47,690 bases of DNA from Deltaproteobacteria bacterium (GCA_019306185.1 JAFDMD010000002.1:1-47690), one strand, 5' to 3'; positions 1 to 10,315 are shown, counted from the first letter of the stretch. Notes: generated from the sequence alone by a model not told the origin. A program made the numbers and translations.

Positions 1-1
1 T

Positions 2-94
2 CGGATTTGTTAAATTTGATGTGATGAAAAATGAAATTGATAAAATGAAAATCGGTAAAACCTTGCGCGCTCTGACCAAACTCATAAGCCTCAT
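2..94 (-). CDS. N-terminus of an exported protein (runs off the window start)
   Basis: Minus strand AAGGA RBS then ATG at 94. Reads MRLMSLVRARKVLPIFILSISFFITSNLTNP, a basic then hydrophobic signal-peptide pattern, with no stop before the edge. Confidence 0.5.
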   Translation of the reverse strand, partial: MRLMSLVRARKVLPIFILSISFFITSNLTNP

Positions 95-398
95 TGGAGA
101 TTCCTTTTTTGTTTTTATATGTTGATTGTATAACTATTTTTTGAATTAAGGGTTTTCTACTCGGCAAAGCAAATTTTTTTTTTATATTATATTGTGTCTA
201 AAAAAGTGGATAGCAAAAGAGATATGCTCAAAGAGCGAAAAAGTAAAGAGTAAAAAGGAGCATGTGGTCAAAAGATAGAGCAATAGACAATTGTTTGGGG
301 TTAAAGCTGTTTGTTTTTTTTAATAAAGCGATTTCTCCCTTTGCTTGGCAGGATACGATAAAAAAGAATATAATAGATATATAAAGAGAAAAGATATA

Positions 399-731
399 TT
401 ATTTTAAAAAAAATTGATGAACTGCAGCCCCAATCCCCCATATTCCAAAGCTTACAGGCAAAACAATATATAAAGGCATCTCTTTTTTGAAACATAAAAA
501 TACGGCTATAAAAAAAAGAATTGTAGGCAAAAGACCCAAGAGCGCTCCTTTTGCAAAATTTTGCATAATTGTGGTCTCGCCTCTGTTTTCCAGATAAACC
601 CATATTAAAACCAAAGCTCCTGTTAAAGGCATTACCGCTATTAAACCTGCTATGGAAGGATATTTTTTGCTTATTGCCGATGCGGTTAAAATAATAATTA
701 AACTAACCGCCGCTTTTATTATAAGTTGCAT
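399..731 (-). CDS. DUF3147-family small membrane protein
   Basis: 110 aa, four hydrophobic segments, motif ISKKYPSIAGLIAVMPLTGALVLIW typical of this family. Confidence 0.7.
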   Translation of the reverse strand: MQLIIKAAVSLIIILTASAISKKYPSIAGLIAVMPLTGALVLIWVYLENRGETTIMQNFAKGALLGLLPTILFFIAVFLCFKKEMPLYIVLPVSFGIWGIGAAVHQFFLK

Positions 732-906
732 TTTTTTATATTTTTATCAGGTTGTTTTAAACTTAAATTTTATATCTACTTTGTATCTCTACTATTATAA
801 GGTTTTTGTTCAAATATCCGATATGCAATTTTCGATCAACTTTTTTTAACAAAATTATACTTTTTAAACTTTATACTTTTATAAATATTTGTTATTGCAA
901 CCTCCT

Positions 907-2058
907 ATGTTAAACAAGATAAGAACAATACTAAACGGATATATAATAAAGGAGATGCTTTTTCCTTTTATAATAAGCCTTGCTTTTTTTTCATTTATAT
1001 TTCTAATGACGCGAATTTTAGAAATTACGGACTTAATAGTTAATTATAAAATAGCCGTTTCTATGGTTTTGCTTCTGCTTTTTTATTCGATCCCTTCTTT
1101 CTTGGTATTTGTAATTCCAATATCGGTTATGATGAGTATAATCTTAACCTTTTTAAAAATGTCTAAAAATAACGAAATAATAGCTCTTAACTCCTGTGGA
1201 ATAAGCATTTACAAACTTTTGATACCTGTTGCGGTTTTTTCGGTTATCGGAGCGTTATTTACGTATTATTCAATTAGTTATGCAATGCCATGGGGACGGA
1301 TATCTTTTAAAAATACGGTTTATGAAATTGCGACGTCAAATATCAGCGTAGCTCTTACAGAAAGAACCTTTAACGACAGCTTTAATAACGTAATGCTATA
1401 CATTAATGAAATAGATAAAAAATCAGGAGAATTAAACGATATATTTATAGAAGACAAAAGAACAAAAAATATAATAAGTTCTGTAATAGCTCCGAAAGGA
1501 GAATTATTTATAGAAAAAGATAAAAAAACTTTCCATATAAGATTGTATGACGGAATTATCAATTATACAAATATAAATAACAACTCGGCTCATTCCATAA
1601 AATTTGACGATTATGATATAAGATTAAACGCAAAAAAGATAGATGCAAGTAATGTTATAAAGCCTAAAAATATAAAAGAGATGAGCTTACAAGAACTTTT
1701 TTTTAATTTAAATAAAAGTAAGAATAAAAAAGATTCTTTTTATTGTTCGCTTCTTGTAGAGATACATAAAAAATTTGCTCTACCTTTTGCCTGCATAGCT
1801 TTGGGGCTTTTGGCGGTTTCGCTTGGGATACAGGCAAAAGAGATAAAAAAATCGTTTGGAGTAGTAGGCGGACTTATTGTTTTTATATTATATTATCTTC
1901 TGTTATCTGCAGGAGTCGTTTTCGGCGAAGCCGGCATATATCCTCCGGCAATAGGAATATGGGCGCCGAATTTTATAGCCGCAGGAATCGGAATGTATCT
2001 GCTTATAAAAGCTTCTGGAGCAGGTTTGATAAAAAAACACAATAAAAAAAATATATGA
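907..2058 (+). CDS. lptF: LPS export ABC transporter permease LptF
   Basis: YjgP/YjgQ architecture (3 TM, periplasmic domain, 3 TM), NNEIIALNSCGIS motif, HKKFALPFACI, WAPN. First of a tandem paralog pair; ATG at 907 chosen as start. Confidence 0.9.
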   Translation: MLNKIRTILNGYIIKEMLFPFIISLAFFSFIFLMTRILEITDLIVNYKIAVSMVLLLLFYSIPSFLVFVIPISVMMSIILTFLKMSKNNEIIALNSCGISIYKLLIPVAVFSVIGALFTYYSISYAMPWGRISFKNTVYEIATSNISVALTERTFNDSFNNVMLYINEIDKKSGELNDIFIEDKRTKNIISSVIAPKGELFIEKDKKTFHIRLYDGIINYTNINNNSAHSIKFDDYDIRLNAKKIDASNVIKPKNIKEMSLQELFFNLNKSKNKKDSFYCSLLVEIHKKFALPFACIALGLLAVSLGIQAKEIKKSFGVVGGLIVFILYYLLLSAGVVFGEAGIYPPAIGIWAPNFIAAGIGMYLLIKASGAGLIKKHNKKNI

Positions 2059-3125
2059 AAATAATATCCAAATATTTATCCGTTAATATATTGAAATTTT
2101 TCGGCATAATAATAACAGCCGTTATCGGAATATATCTGGCGGTGGATTTTTTTGAAAAAATAGATGATTTCTTAGAAAAACAGGTCGAATTAAACAAAAT
2201 AATAGTTTTTTTTATATTCAAAATTCCTTTTATCATCGCAAACATTACGCCTATAGGAATTCTTTTATCTGTTATAATAATATTTTCTTTAATGAATAAA
2301 AACAATGAGCTTATGGCGTTAAAAGCCTGCGGAATAAGCCTTTATTATATTATAAAACCTGTTTTATTTATATCCGCTATGTCTTGTCTGCTTCTGTTTT
2401 TATTTTCCGAATTTATAGCTCCTGGCGCAACCGGAAAATCGAATCAAATATGGTTTGAAAATGTAAATAAAGATTCTATGATAACCGCTTTTGATAAAAA
2501 TATCTGGATTAAAGGAGAGAAAACCATAACCCGCATAAAATACTACGAACCTGTTTTAGAAGAATTTTTCGGTTTATCAATAAGCTTTTTTGATAAAAAT
2601 TTTAATCTTATAAAAAAGTTAGATGCAAAAAAGGCAAAATTTGAAAATAAAAAATGGGTATTATCCGGCATTATGGAGCAGTTTCCGAAAACAGAGGATA
2701 ATAAAATAAAAATATACAAAGAAAAAATCGTAGAACTCCCTTTTACGCCGGAAGATTTTTTAAGAGTGGCAAAACTACCGGACGAGATGAGCATATTTGA
2801 ACTTTTTCAGTATATAAAAAAGGTTAAAAAGGAAGGATACGACGCAAGTAAGTATATAGTGGATTTTTATGCAAAAACCGCTTTTCCTTTTGTATGTATA
2901 ATAATGACTTTAATAGGAATAGGGCTTTGTTTAAAAAGAAGCGGCAAAGATAACACAGCCTCTAACATTTCTGCCGGCATAGGAATTGCTTTTTTATACT
3001 GGGTTTTTCAAAGTTTCTGTTTATCACTGGGATACGGGAGTATGCTGCACCCTCTTATAGCAGTATGGACTCCGAATTTTATTTTTACATGTGCAGGAAT
3101 CGGAATGCTGCTTAATGCGGATTAA
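2055..3125 (+). CDS. lptG: LPS export ABC transporter permease LptG
   Basis: NNELMALKACGIS, AFPFVCIIM and WTPN motifs; overlaps the lptF stop. Confidence 0.9.
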   Translation: MKIISKYLSVNILKFFGIIITAVIGIYLAVDFFEKIDDFLEKQVELNKIIVFFIFKIPFIIANITPIGILLSVIIIFSLMNKNNELMALKACGISLYYIIKPVLFISAMSCLLLFLFSEFIAPGATGKSNQIWFENVNKDSMITAFDKNIWIKGEKTITRIKYYEPVLEEFFGLSISFFDKNFNLIKKLDAKKAKFENKKWVLSGIMEQFPKTEDNKIKIYKEKIVELPFTPEDFLRVAKLPDEMSIFELFQYIKKVKKEGYDASKYIVDFYAKTAFPFVCIIMTLIGIGLCLKRSGKDNTASNISAGIGIAFLYWVFQSFCLSLGYGSMLHPLIAVWTPNFIFTCAGIGMLLNAD

Positions 3126-3228
3126 CTTTTAATGCGGATTAAAATTTGAGATATGAATATACTAATGATAACAAAAAACGGATACGTTTAAAAGATTACA
3201 ATAGCATAATAATTACAAGGAGAATGTT

Positions 3229-4467
3229 ATGTTTAAAAAAATAAAAATGATAAATTACCGAACTCATATTGAAACGGAATTAGAGCTAAGCGATATTACA
3301 TTGCTGATAGGCTCTAATAATTCCGGCAAAACCAATCTGCTTAAAGGCATTAACTATTTTTCCAGACTGGTAAGCGCTGCATATCCGGGGGGTAGAAGAG
3401 AAATAACGAATCTGTATAGAAGTCATTATTTCCCTAATAAACATAGACTTATTGATTCCGATAAACCTATTGTTTTTTCTTGCGAATGGGAAAAAGAGGG
3501 TAAAAAAATTGAGTATGAATTACTAATATATGTTATCAAAGACGGAAATATAGGCTGTAAAGAAAAAGTAATAATTCATAATAATTCTGGCGAAAAAAAA
3601 GAGATATTATATGGACATGATAAGCCGTCCGATAGAATGCTTTTAAGAAGCAATCTGCAAAACCAAAACTTAACGCAAGAGGAAAAGAATATAACGGAGA
3701 TGTTTTTTCGTTCGCTTTCATCTATGTATTATTATAATTTTCAGCCGGGTTTTTTGAAAGGATTGGCTCATTATAACGGTAATGCCAAAAAGAAAAACTA
3801 CTTGGAAGAATTTGAAAATTTAAACAAATTTCCGAATATTGCAACAGAGATCGGGCAGGAAGGATCTAACTTTATTGAATTGGTTAGATTTCTTAAAGAA
3901 AAGGATGAAATAGGATACGGAAAATTTTTAGGTTACTTAAAAAGATTTGTTAAATCGTTTAACGGGATAGTAATTGATAGAGATATTCCGAAATGGCAGT
4001 TTGACATGGGAGAAAATACTTTTCCGTATTTTGAATCAATTGACGTTTCGGACGGGCTTATTAAAGCCGGAGCCGTAGCTTTGCTATGCGCTATGAGAAG
4101 CCCGGCTCCCGTAATAATGATTGAAGAGATAGAAAACGGCATTAATCAAAAGAATATATCCAAATTTTTAAGCTGGTTAAAAACGGTTGCGGACGGAGGA
4201 AAAAATACCCAGTTTATATTAACCACCCATAGCCCAAGCGTTATACGCGAATTTTCGGACTGTCTGGAAAATGTTTACAATTTGCATCTTAGGGCAAAAG
4301 ATTACAGAACATTAACTACAAATCTTAACGACGCAATAAAACCTCTTGTAAACATGGGACGCATAAAAGAGGAAGATATTATAACAAGAGACGGAAAAGA
4401 GATAGTTAAGGTTAGCCCTTACGAATTAACCGAGTTGTTTTACGACGGAATATTAGGCGAACTGTAA
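3229..4467 (+). CDS. ABC/AAA_15-21-type ATPase (defence-associated)
   Basis: Walker A GSNNSGKT, signature VSDG, Walker B MIEEIEN, H-loop TTHSP; AAGGAG RBS. Confidence 0.85.
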   Translation: MFKKIKMINYRTHIETELELSDITLLIGSNNSGKTNLLKGINYFSRLVSAAYPGGRREITNLYRSHYFPNKHRLIDSDKPIVFSCEWEKEGKKIEYELLIYVIKDGNIGCKEKVIIHNNSGEKKEILYGHDKPSDRMLLRSNLQNQNLTQEEKNITEMFFRSLSSMYYYNFQPGFLKGLAHYNGNAKKKNYLEEFENLNKFPNIATEIGQEGSNFIELVRFLKEKDEIGYGKFLGYLKRFVKSFNGIVIDRDIPKWQFDMGENTFPYFESIDVSDGLIKAGAVALLCAMRSPAPVIMIEEIENGINQKNISKFLSWLKTVADGGKNTQFILTTHSPSVIREFSDCLENVYNLHLRAKDYRTLTTNLNDAIKPLVNMGRIKEEDIITRDGKEIVKVSPYELTELFYDGILGEL

Positions 4468-4478
4468 GGCGGTTAATA

Positions 4479-5192
4479 ATGAGAAATATAGCTATTATAA
4501 GAGAGGGTTTCAGCGATTATTGCGTTATAAAACATTTTATAAGCGCGATTTTACAAGATGATTTTGTCCAATTAACCGATGATAATTTTTTGGATATGGG
4601 AAAGCTAACTATAAGCGATGCTGTTGCAAAATATTTTAAGTCCGGCGGCGGAAATAATTTGGACGATAAAAAAGCGATTGAATTAAAAAAACGTATAATT
4701 GATGTGTTATACACGGCATTTAAGAAGTTTAAGCGAGAAAAAGATAAAGTTTCCAATAAAGATATTTTGGCGATTAATTCGGATGCAGAGAAGATATTAA
4801 AGGATAAAGATAATTATTTTAATAAAGAATTTTATATATTAAATGAAATCTCGCAGCTTGCTATTGAAGAGTTTTATAATAAAATGGTTAAACATGGTTG
4901 GGCTTATGAAAACCTTCCTTTGATTTTGCCTTTAATTTTTTTCCCAAGTTCCGAAATACTGGCGGCGTCATGCATATACGATTTTAAAAGCGAAAGTAAA
5001 AATTTTAGAAAATTACGCGCAAAACCGGATCTTAAATTGAAGGTATATGAAACGGATAATATACCGAGAGCTATTGAAACCGGAAAAATGGAAGAGGTTT
5101 TATCAAAATTTATTACTCCAGAAGCTATTGAAAAAGTATATAAAGAGATTCCGGAAGCAAGAAAATTTATACATATATTAAGTTGCTTATAA
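4479..5192 (+). CDS. Putative TOPRIM-like (DUF4276/RloB-like) partner of the ATPase
   Basis: N-terminal IAIIREGFSD (EGxxD), later INSDAE; starts 11 bp after the ATPase. Confidence 0.55.
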   Translation: MRNIAIIREGFSDYCVIKHFISAILQDDFVQLTDDNFLDMGKLTISDAVAKYFKSGGGNNLDDKKAIELKKRIIDVLYTAFKKFKREKDKVSNKDILAINSDAEKILKDKDNYFNKEFYILNEISQLAIEEFYNKMVKHGWAYENLPLILPLIFFPSSEILAASCIYDFKSESKNFRKLRAKPDLKLKVYETDNIPRAIETGKMEEVLSKFITPEAIEKVYKEIPEARKFIHILSCL

Positions 5193-5273
5193 TAATTATA
5201 TTTTATAAAACAGCGCTTTTTAAAAGCAAAAAAATATGATAAGTATCCTCCGAAAAGATTAAAAGGCAGCCTT

Positions 5274-5669
5274 ATGAATAAAAATATAAGATGGATTCAA
5301 CGCTTCGATAATTTTAAAAAAGCGTTTATCAGATTAACCGACGCCGTTGATAGAAAAGAATATGATGAATTATCCGAAGCCGGTTTAATTCAAACATTTG
5401 AGTTTACATTTGAGTTAGCTTGGAAAACCTTAAAAGATTACCTTGAAAGCAAGGGAACAATTGCAAAATTGCCAAGAGACGTAATAAAAGTTTCTTTTCA
5501 AAATTCTATAATAGAAGACGGCGAAACTTGGATAGATATGCTTGAAAAAAGAAATTTGCTATCTCATGCTTACGACGAAAAAACAAGCAGGATAGCGTTG
5601 AGTTATATAAAAAATAATTATTTTGAAGCTATAAAACAGGTTTTTGATTTTTTAAAAAATGAATTGTAA
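5274..5669 (+). CDS. HEPN protein, HI0074/nucleotidyltransferase substrate-binding family
   Basis: RWIQRFDNF, GLIQTFEFTFELAWKTLKDYL, RNLLSHAY (Rx4H). Confidence 0.9.
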   Translation: MNKNIRWIQRFDNFKKAFIRLTDAVDRKEYDELSEAGLIQTFEFTFELAWKTLKDYLESKGTIAKLPRDVIKVSFQNSIIEDGETWIDMLEKRNLLSHAYDEKTSRIALSYIKNNYFEAIKQVFDFLKNEL

Positions 5670-5985
5670 AATGCAGGAATTCGGCTTATCCGAAAAAAAT
5701 ATTTTATTAATTAAAGATACTTTTAAAAAATATCCTCAAATAGAAGAAGCTGTAATATTCGGCTCAAGAGCTATGGGAAATTATAAAAAAGGCTCGGATA
5801 TTGATATGGCGCTTAAAGGAGAAAATATTAATTTTAACATAACCGCAAAAATTAATTATAAATTAAATGAAGAATTTCCTCTGCCTTATATGTTTGATAT
5901 TGTAAATTACAATAATATTGATAATGAAAATTTAAAGCGTCATATAGATAACGAAGGAAAAATATTTTACAACAAAACTGTATGA
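5659..5985 (+). CDS. Minimal nucleotidyltransferase (MNT) antitoxin
   Basis: FGSRAMGNYKKGSDID (GSx10DxD); coupled to the HEPN gene. The start may be 5671. Confidence 0.9.
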   Translation: MNCKMQEFGLSEKNILLIKDTFKKYPQIEEAVIFGSRAMGNYKKGSDIDMALKGENINFNITAKINYKLNEEFPLPYMFDIVNYNNIDNENLKRHIDNEGKIFYNKTV

Positions 5986-6015
5986 CTATAAAATTGCGGT
6001 AAGGGACGTTGTATT

Positions 6016-6183
6016 ATGAAAAATAGGTCTATTAATGAAGAAAGAAGATTGATAATTGAAGGTTATCAGCCTGCCAAAGGTAATTTGGATAGAAATAATC
6101 CTCCCGGCAAGAGCAGCCTTGCATCTTTAAACATAAATCAGACTTCAGGCGTTTCGCAATCAAATCCATCCGATAAAAAATAG
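6016..6183 (+). CDS. 55-aa small ORF with a GYQP...NPP motif
   Basis: AAGGGA upstream, ATG at 6016, reads MKNRSINEERRLIIEGYQPAKGNLDRNNPPGKSSLASLNINQTSGVSQSNPSDKK to a TAG stop. Below the ORF-track cutoff. Confidence 0.5.
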   Translation: MKNRSINEERRLIIEGYQPAKGNLDRNNPPGKSSLASLNINQTSGVSQSNPSDKK

Positions 6184-6221
6184 ACCGGCTACAAGATAAA
6201 TAAAATAATAAGCAAAAAAAT

Positions 6222-7613
6222 ATGACTACAAAATTATGGGACGGTAGATTTGCCGAAAAAACAGACGAGTTGGTTGAAAAATTTACATCCTCGATAGATA
6301 TAGATAAAAATTTATATTCTTACGACATACAAGGCAGCATTGCCCATTGTAAAATGCTTGCCAAACAATTGATTATATCGGACAAAGAGGCGGAACAAAT
6401 AATAAAAGGGCTTCTTGAAATAAAAGAGGAGATTGAAAGCGGCAACTTTAAGTATAACGATAAGCTTGAAGATATACATATGCACATAGAGGCAAGACTT
6501 ATCGAAAAGATAGGGGAAACCGCAAAAAAACTTCATACCGCAAGAAGCAGAAATGATCAGGTAGTATTAGACGTTAGAATTTATCTTAAAGAAAAAACCG
6601 CTTTTATAATAGAAGATATTATAAAGCTTCAAAAAGCTTTGGTTAAATTTGCAAAAGAGCATGTAAATACAATAATGCCCGGATATACCCATATGCAAAG
6701 GGCGCAGCCGGTTCTCTTTGCTCATCATATAATGGCTTATTACGAAATGTTCGGGCGCGATATTGAAAGATTTCAAGATTCTTTAAAACGAACGGATGTT
6801 ATGCCGCTTGGAGCGGCGGCTTTGGCCGGAACAACTTATCCTATAGACAGAGACTATACTGCAGAATTATTAAATTTTTCCAATGTATCTTCAAACAGTA
6901 TAGATACGGTTGCAGACAGAGATTTTATAATAGAGTTTTTAAGCTGCGCCAGCATCTGTATGATACATTTAAGCAGAATTTCGGAAGAATTTATTTTATG
7001 GTCCGGCGCAGAATTTGGTTTTATAGAGCTGCCGGACGCTTTTACTACCGGAAGCAGTATAATGCCTCAGAAAAAAAATCCGGATATCTGCGAGTTGGTA
7101 AGGGGAAAAACAGGAAGGGTATTTGGCGATCTTATTTGCATGTTAACGGTTATGAAAGGGCTTCCTCTTGCTTACGACAGAGATATGCAGGAAGATAAAG
7201 AACCTCTTTTTGATGCGGTAAATACATTAAGCTTATGTATAAAAATTTATACAAATATGCTGCCGAAAATAAAGGTAAATAAGGATATGATGAAAAAGGC
7301 GGCGTCTGTCGGTTTTTTAAACGCTACGGATTTGGCGGATTATTTGGCTTCAAAAGGAATGCCGTTTAGAACCGCTCATAACTGCGCGGGAAAAGCGGTA
7401 AGTTATGCCTTGAAAAATAAAAAAGAGCTTGATCAGCTTACTCTTGAAGAGCTTCAAAGTTTTTCTTCGCTTATAAAAAAAGATGTATTTGAGGCTTTGG
7501 AGCTGGAGCAGATGATAGAAAAAAGAATCTCGGACGGTTCCACATCTTATAAAAATGTTTTTTATGCTATAGATAGCGCCGGAAAAAAAAATGAAAAGGA
7601 GCAAAATGAATAA
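6222..7613 (+). CDS. argH: Argininosuccinate lyase
   Basis: KLWDGRF, HTARSRNDQ, PGYTHMQRAQP, GSSIMPQKKNPD signature. Confidence 0.98.
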   Translation: MTTKLWDGRFAEKTDELVEKFTSSIDIDKNLYSYDIQGSIAHCKMLAKQLIISDKEAEQIIKGLLEIKEEIESGNFKYNDKLEDIHMHIEARLIEKIGETAKKLHTARSRNDQVVLDVRIYLKEKTAFIIEDIIKLQKALVKFAKEHVNTIMPGYTHMQRAQPVLFAHHIMAYYEMFGRDIERFQDSLKRTDVMPLGAAALAGTTYPIDRDYTAELLNFSNVSSNSIDTVADRDFIIEFLSCASICMIHLSRISEEFILWSGAEFGFIELPDAFTTGSSIMPQKKNPDICELVRGKTGRVFGDLICMLTVMKGLPLAYDRDMQEDKEPLFDAVNTLSLCIKIYTNMLPKIKVNKDMMKKAASVGFLNATDLADYLASKGMPFRTAHNCAGKAVSYALKNKKELDQLTLEELQSFSSLIKKDVFEALELEQMIEKRISDGSTSYKNVFYAIDSAGKKNEKEQNE

Positions 7614-7752
7614 ATATAAATTTAATTTAATAGTAATAATATTAAGCCTTTTCTTTTTGGGAGCGTCCGTTTTAAATTTTGCGGGATGCGGTAAAAAAGG
7701 AGACCCTATAGCCAAGTCAACGGTTACGGAGAAAGAAAAATGTTCGGAATAG
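7606..7752 (+). CDS. Small lipoprotein (LptM/YifL-like lipobox peptide)
   Basis: AAGGAG RBS. Reads MNKYKFNLIVIILSLFFLGASVLNFAG-CGKKGDP..., 48 aa with a lipobox and the CGxKG motif. Position after argH is typical. Confidence 0.7.
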   Translation: MNKYKFNLIVIILSLFFLGASVLNFAGCGKKGDPIAKSTVTEKEKCSE

Positions 7753-8906
7753 ATATAGCTCAAAGAGTAAAAGAGCTTCCTCCTTATTTGTTTAAAGAGA
7801 TAGATAAACAGAAACAAGAGGCTGTTAAAGCGGGAGCGGATGTTATTAACCTAGGGGTAGGCGACCCTGATTTGCCTACGCCAAATTATGTAATAGAAGC
7901 TTTAAATAAAGCGGCGGTAGAACCCGCAAATCATAGATACCCTTCTTATGCGGGTATGGAAGCTTTTAATAAAGAGGCTGCCTTATGGCTGAAAAAAAGA
8001 TTTAATATAAATATTAAATTAGACGAAATTATAACCCTTATAGGCTCGAAAGAAGGAATTGCCCATACTCCGCTTGCATTTATCAACCCCGGAGATATAG
8101 CCTTAATACCAGATCCTGCTTATCCTGTATATGAAAATGCCGTCCGATTTGCAGGAGGCGTCCCTTTTTATATGCCTCTTAAAAAAGAGAATGATTTTTT
8201 GCCGGATCTTGATGCAATTCCTAAAGATATTGCCCAAAAAGCAAAGCTGATATTTTTAAATTATCCTAATAATCCCACTTCAGCCACAGCCGAACTTTCT
8301 TTTTTTAACCAGCTGGTATCATACGCAAAAAAATATAATATTATAGTATGTCATGACGCGGCTTATACGGAAATTTATTATAACGGCAAAAAACCGGCAA
8401 GCTTTTTGGAAGCCGAAGGCGCTAAAGAGGTAGGGATAGAATATCATTCCCTTTCAAAAACGTATAACATGACAGGCTGGAGAATAGGGTTTGCCGCAGG
8501 CGGCTCCGATATTATAAACGCGTTGGGAAAAATTAAAAGCAATGTTGATTCCGGAGTATTTCAGGCTATTCAGATTGCAGGAATTGCAGCTTTAAAAAGC
8601 GAAGAAACATATATAAACCGAATAAACGAGATATATGAAAAACGGAAAAAAATAATCCTTGACGCTTTAAACTCCGTAGGAATAAAAGCTTACGATCCGA
8701 AAACAACCTTTTATATATGGTTTGAAGTCCCAAAAGGTTATACATCTGCTCAATTCGTGAGCCTTCTTTTATCAAAGGCTCATATCGTAACCATTCCGGG
8801 CAACGGATTCGGAAAAGCAGGAGAAGGTTACGCGCGAATAGCGCTTACTGTAAGCGAAGAAAGAATAAAAGAGGCGGCTTTACGAATTGAAAATGCAAAA
8901 TTCTAA
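7740..8906 (+). CDS. dapL: LL-diaminopimelate aminotransferase (class I/II PLP enzyme)
   Basis: LPPYLF, LGVGDPD, LIGSKEG, NYPNNPT, HSLSKTYNMTGWRIG. Confidence 0.85.
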   Translation: MFGIDIAQRVKELPPYLFKEIDKQKQEAVKAGADVINLGVGDPDLPTPNYVIEALNKAAVEPANHRYPSYAGMEAFNKEAALWLKKRFNINIKLDEIITLIGSKEGIAHTPLAFINPGDIALIPDPAYPVYENAVRFAGGVPFYMPLKKENDFLPDLDAIPKDIAQKAKLIFLNYPNNPTSATAELSFFNQLVSYAKKYNIIVCHDAAYTEIYYNGKKPASFLEAEGAKEVGIEYHSLSKTYNMTGWRIGFAAGGSDIINALGKIKSNVDSGVFQAIQIAGIAALKSEETYINRINEIYEKRKKIILDALNSVGIKAYDPKTTFYIWFEVPKGYTSAQFVSLLLSKAHIVTIPGNGFGKAGEGYARIALTVSEERIKEAALRIENAKF

Positions 8907-9411
8907 AAACCATTACGCCTTTATATCCATAGGCTCGAATATAGGAGATAAAATTGGCGCCTGCCGAAAAGGAATAGATAAAATTAAAGGCTTGCCGTCT
9001 TGTTTTGTAACCGATATTTCAAAATTTTATGAAACCTCTCCGGTTGATTATACGGATCAGGATTGGTTTGCAAACTGCGCTATTAAGATAAAAACCGAAT
9101 ATAGCCCGGAAGAGCTCCTGTTTAATTTGCGAGAAATAGAAAGAAATGTAGGCTCTATCAAGAAAAAGATAAGATTTGGACCAAGAATACTTGATTTAGA
9201 TATTATCTTTTACGATAATATTATAATAGATTCAAAAAGGTTAAAAATACCGCATCCCAGAATGCATAACCGATACTTTGTTTTGCAGCCTATATCGGAT
9301 ATCGAAACAGATTTTATACATCCCGTATTAAAAATAAGCATCAAAAGCTTGATAGAAAATCTTAAAAGTGATATTCAATACAATTGCCAGAAAGCGCTGC
9401 TTATAAAATGA
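8893..9411 (+). CDS. folK: 2-amino-4-hydroxy-6-hydroxymethyldihydropteridine pyrophosphokinase
   Basis: ISIGSNIGD, GPRILDLDI, IPHPRMHNRYFVL. Confidence 0.95.
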   Translation: MQNSKNHYAFISIGSNIGDKIGACRKGIDKIKGLPSCFVTDISKFYETSPVDYTDQDWFANCAIKIKTEYSPEELLFNLREIERNVGSIKKKIRFGPRILDLDIIFYDNIIIDSKRLKIPHPRMHNRYFVLQPISDIETDFIHPVLKISIKSLIENLKSDIQYNCQKALLIK

Positions 9412-9674
9412 GATTATTAATATTTTTATCACTTATATATCTTTGTTATATATTATTAAAATCCCGTTGGAAATCTTCGGGTAAAAAATCGGCTATTAAT
9501 AAAGAAATGGAAAAAACCGCTGATGATATAATGATTTACGACCCTTGCTGTAAAATATATTATCCGAAAAAAAACTGCATAGCATTTAAGGATAAAGATA
9601 AAATATTATATTTTTGCGGCAAAGAATGTAAAAATAAATTTTTGGAAGATAGAAAAAAAGGAGATTTTAAATGA
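9408..9674 (+). CDS. Small membrane-anchored YHS/TRASH-type metal-binding protein
   Basis: N-terminal TM segment, DPCCKIY...YFCGKEC; ATGA overlap with folK. Confidence 0.7.
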   Translation: MRLLIFLSLIYLCYILLKSRWKSSGKKSAINKEMEKTADDIMIYDPCCKIYYPKKNCIAFKDKDKILYFCGKECKNKFLEDRKKGDFK

Positions 9675-10315
9675 AATTTTTTATAGATACTGCAAATATA
9701 AAAGAGATCAAAGATGCCCATAGCATGGGAATGGTTGACGGGGTAACTACAAATCCTTCTCTTATTGCAAAAGAAGAAGGGAAATTTGAAGATATTATAA
9801 AACAGATATGCGAGATAGTAGATGGACCTGTAAGCGCGGAAGTAATAGGGCTTGATACTAAAACTATGGTAAAAGAGGCTAAAAACCTTGCGGCAATTGC
9901 TTCTAATATAGTTGTAAAAATACCTATGACAATAGACGGAATAAAAGCCGTAAAAATTTTATCCCAAGAACAGATCAAAACAAACGTAACCTTAATATTT
10001 TCACCTCTTCAGGCGCTTATGGCGGCAAAATCAGGCGCCTCTTACGCGAGCCCTTTTGTAGGCAGATTAGACGATCTTTCACAAGATGGTATGACTTTGG
10101 TAGAGCAGATTGTGGATATTTATGACAACTATGCCTTTGATACCGAAATAATAGTTGCAAGCATAAGAAACCCGATACATGTTCTTGAGGCCGCGCTTAT
10201 GGGTGCAGACATTGCAACAATACCATTTAACGTTTTATCCAAACTCGCGGCTCATCCTCTTACGGATAAAGGGATAGACGCGTTTTTGGCAGATTGGAAT
10301 AAAGCGAAAAAGTAA
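9671..10315 (+). CDS. fsa: Transaldolase / fructose-6-phosphate aldolase family
   Basis: [35 protein letters not shown]. Confidence 0.93.
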   Translation: MKFFIDTANIKEIKDAHSMGMVDGVTTNPSLIAKEEGKFEDIIKQICEIVDGPVSAEVIGLDTKTMVKEAKNLAAIASNIVVKIPMTIDGIKAVKILSQEQIKTNVTLIFSPLQALMAAKSGASYASPFVGRLDDLSQDGMTLVEQIVDIYDNYAFDTEIIVASIRNPIHVLEAALMGADIATIPFNVLSKLAAHPLTDKGIDAFLADWNKAKK

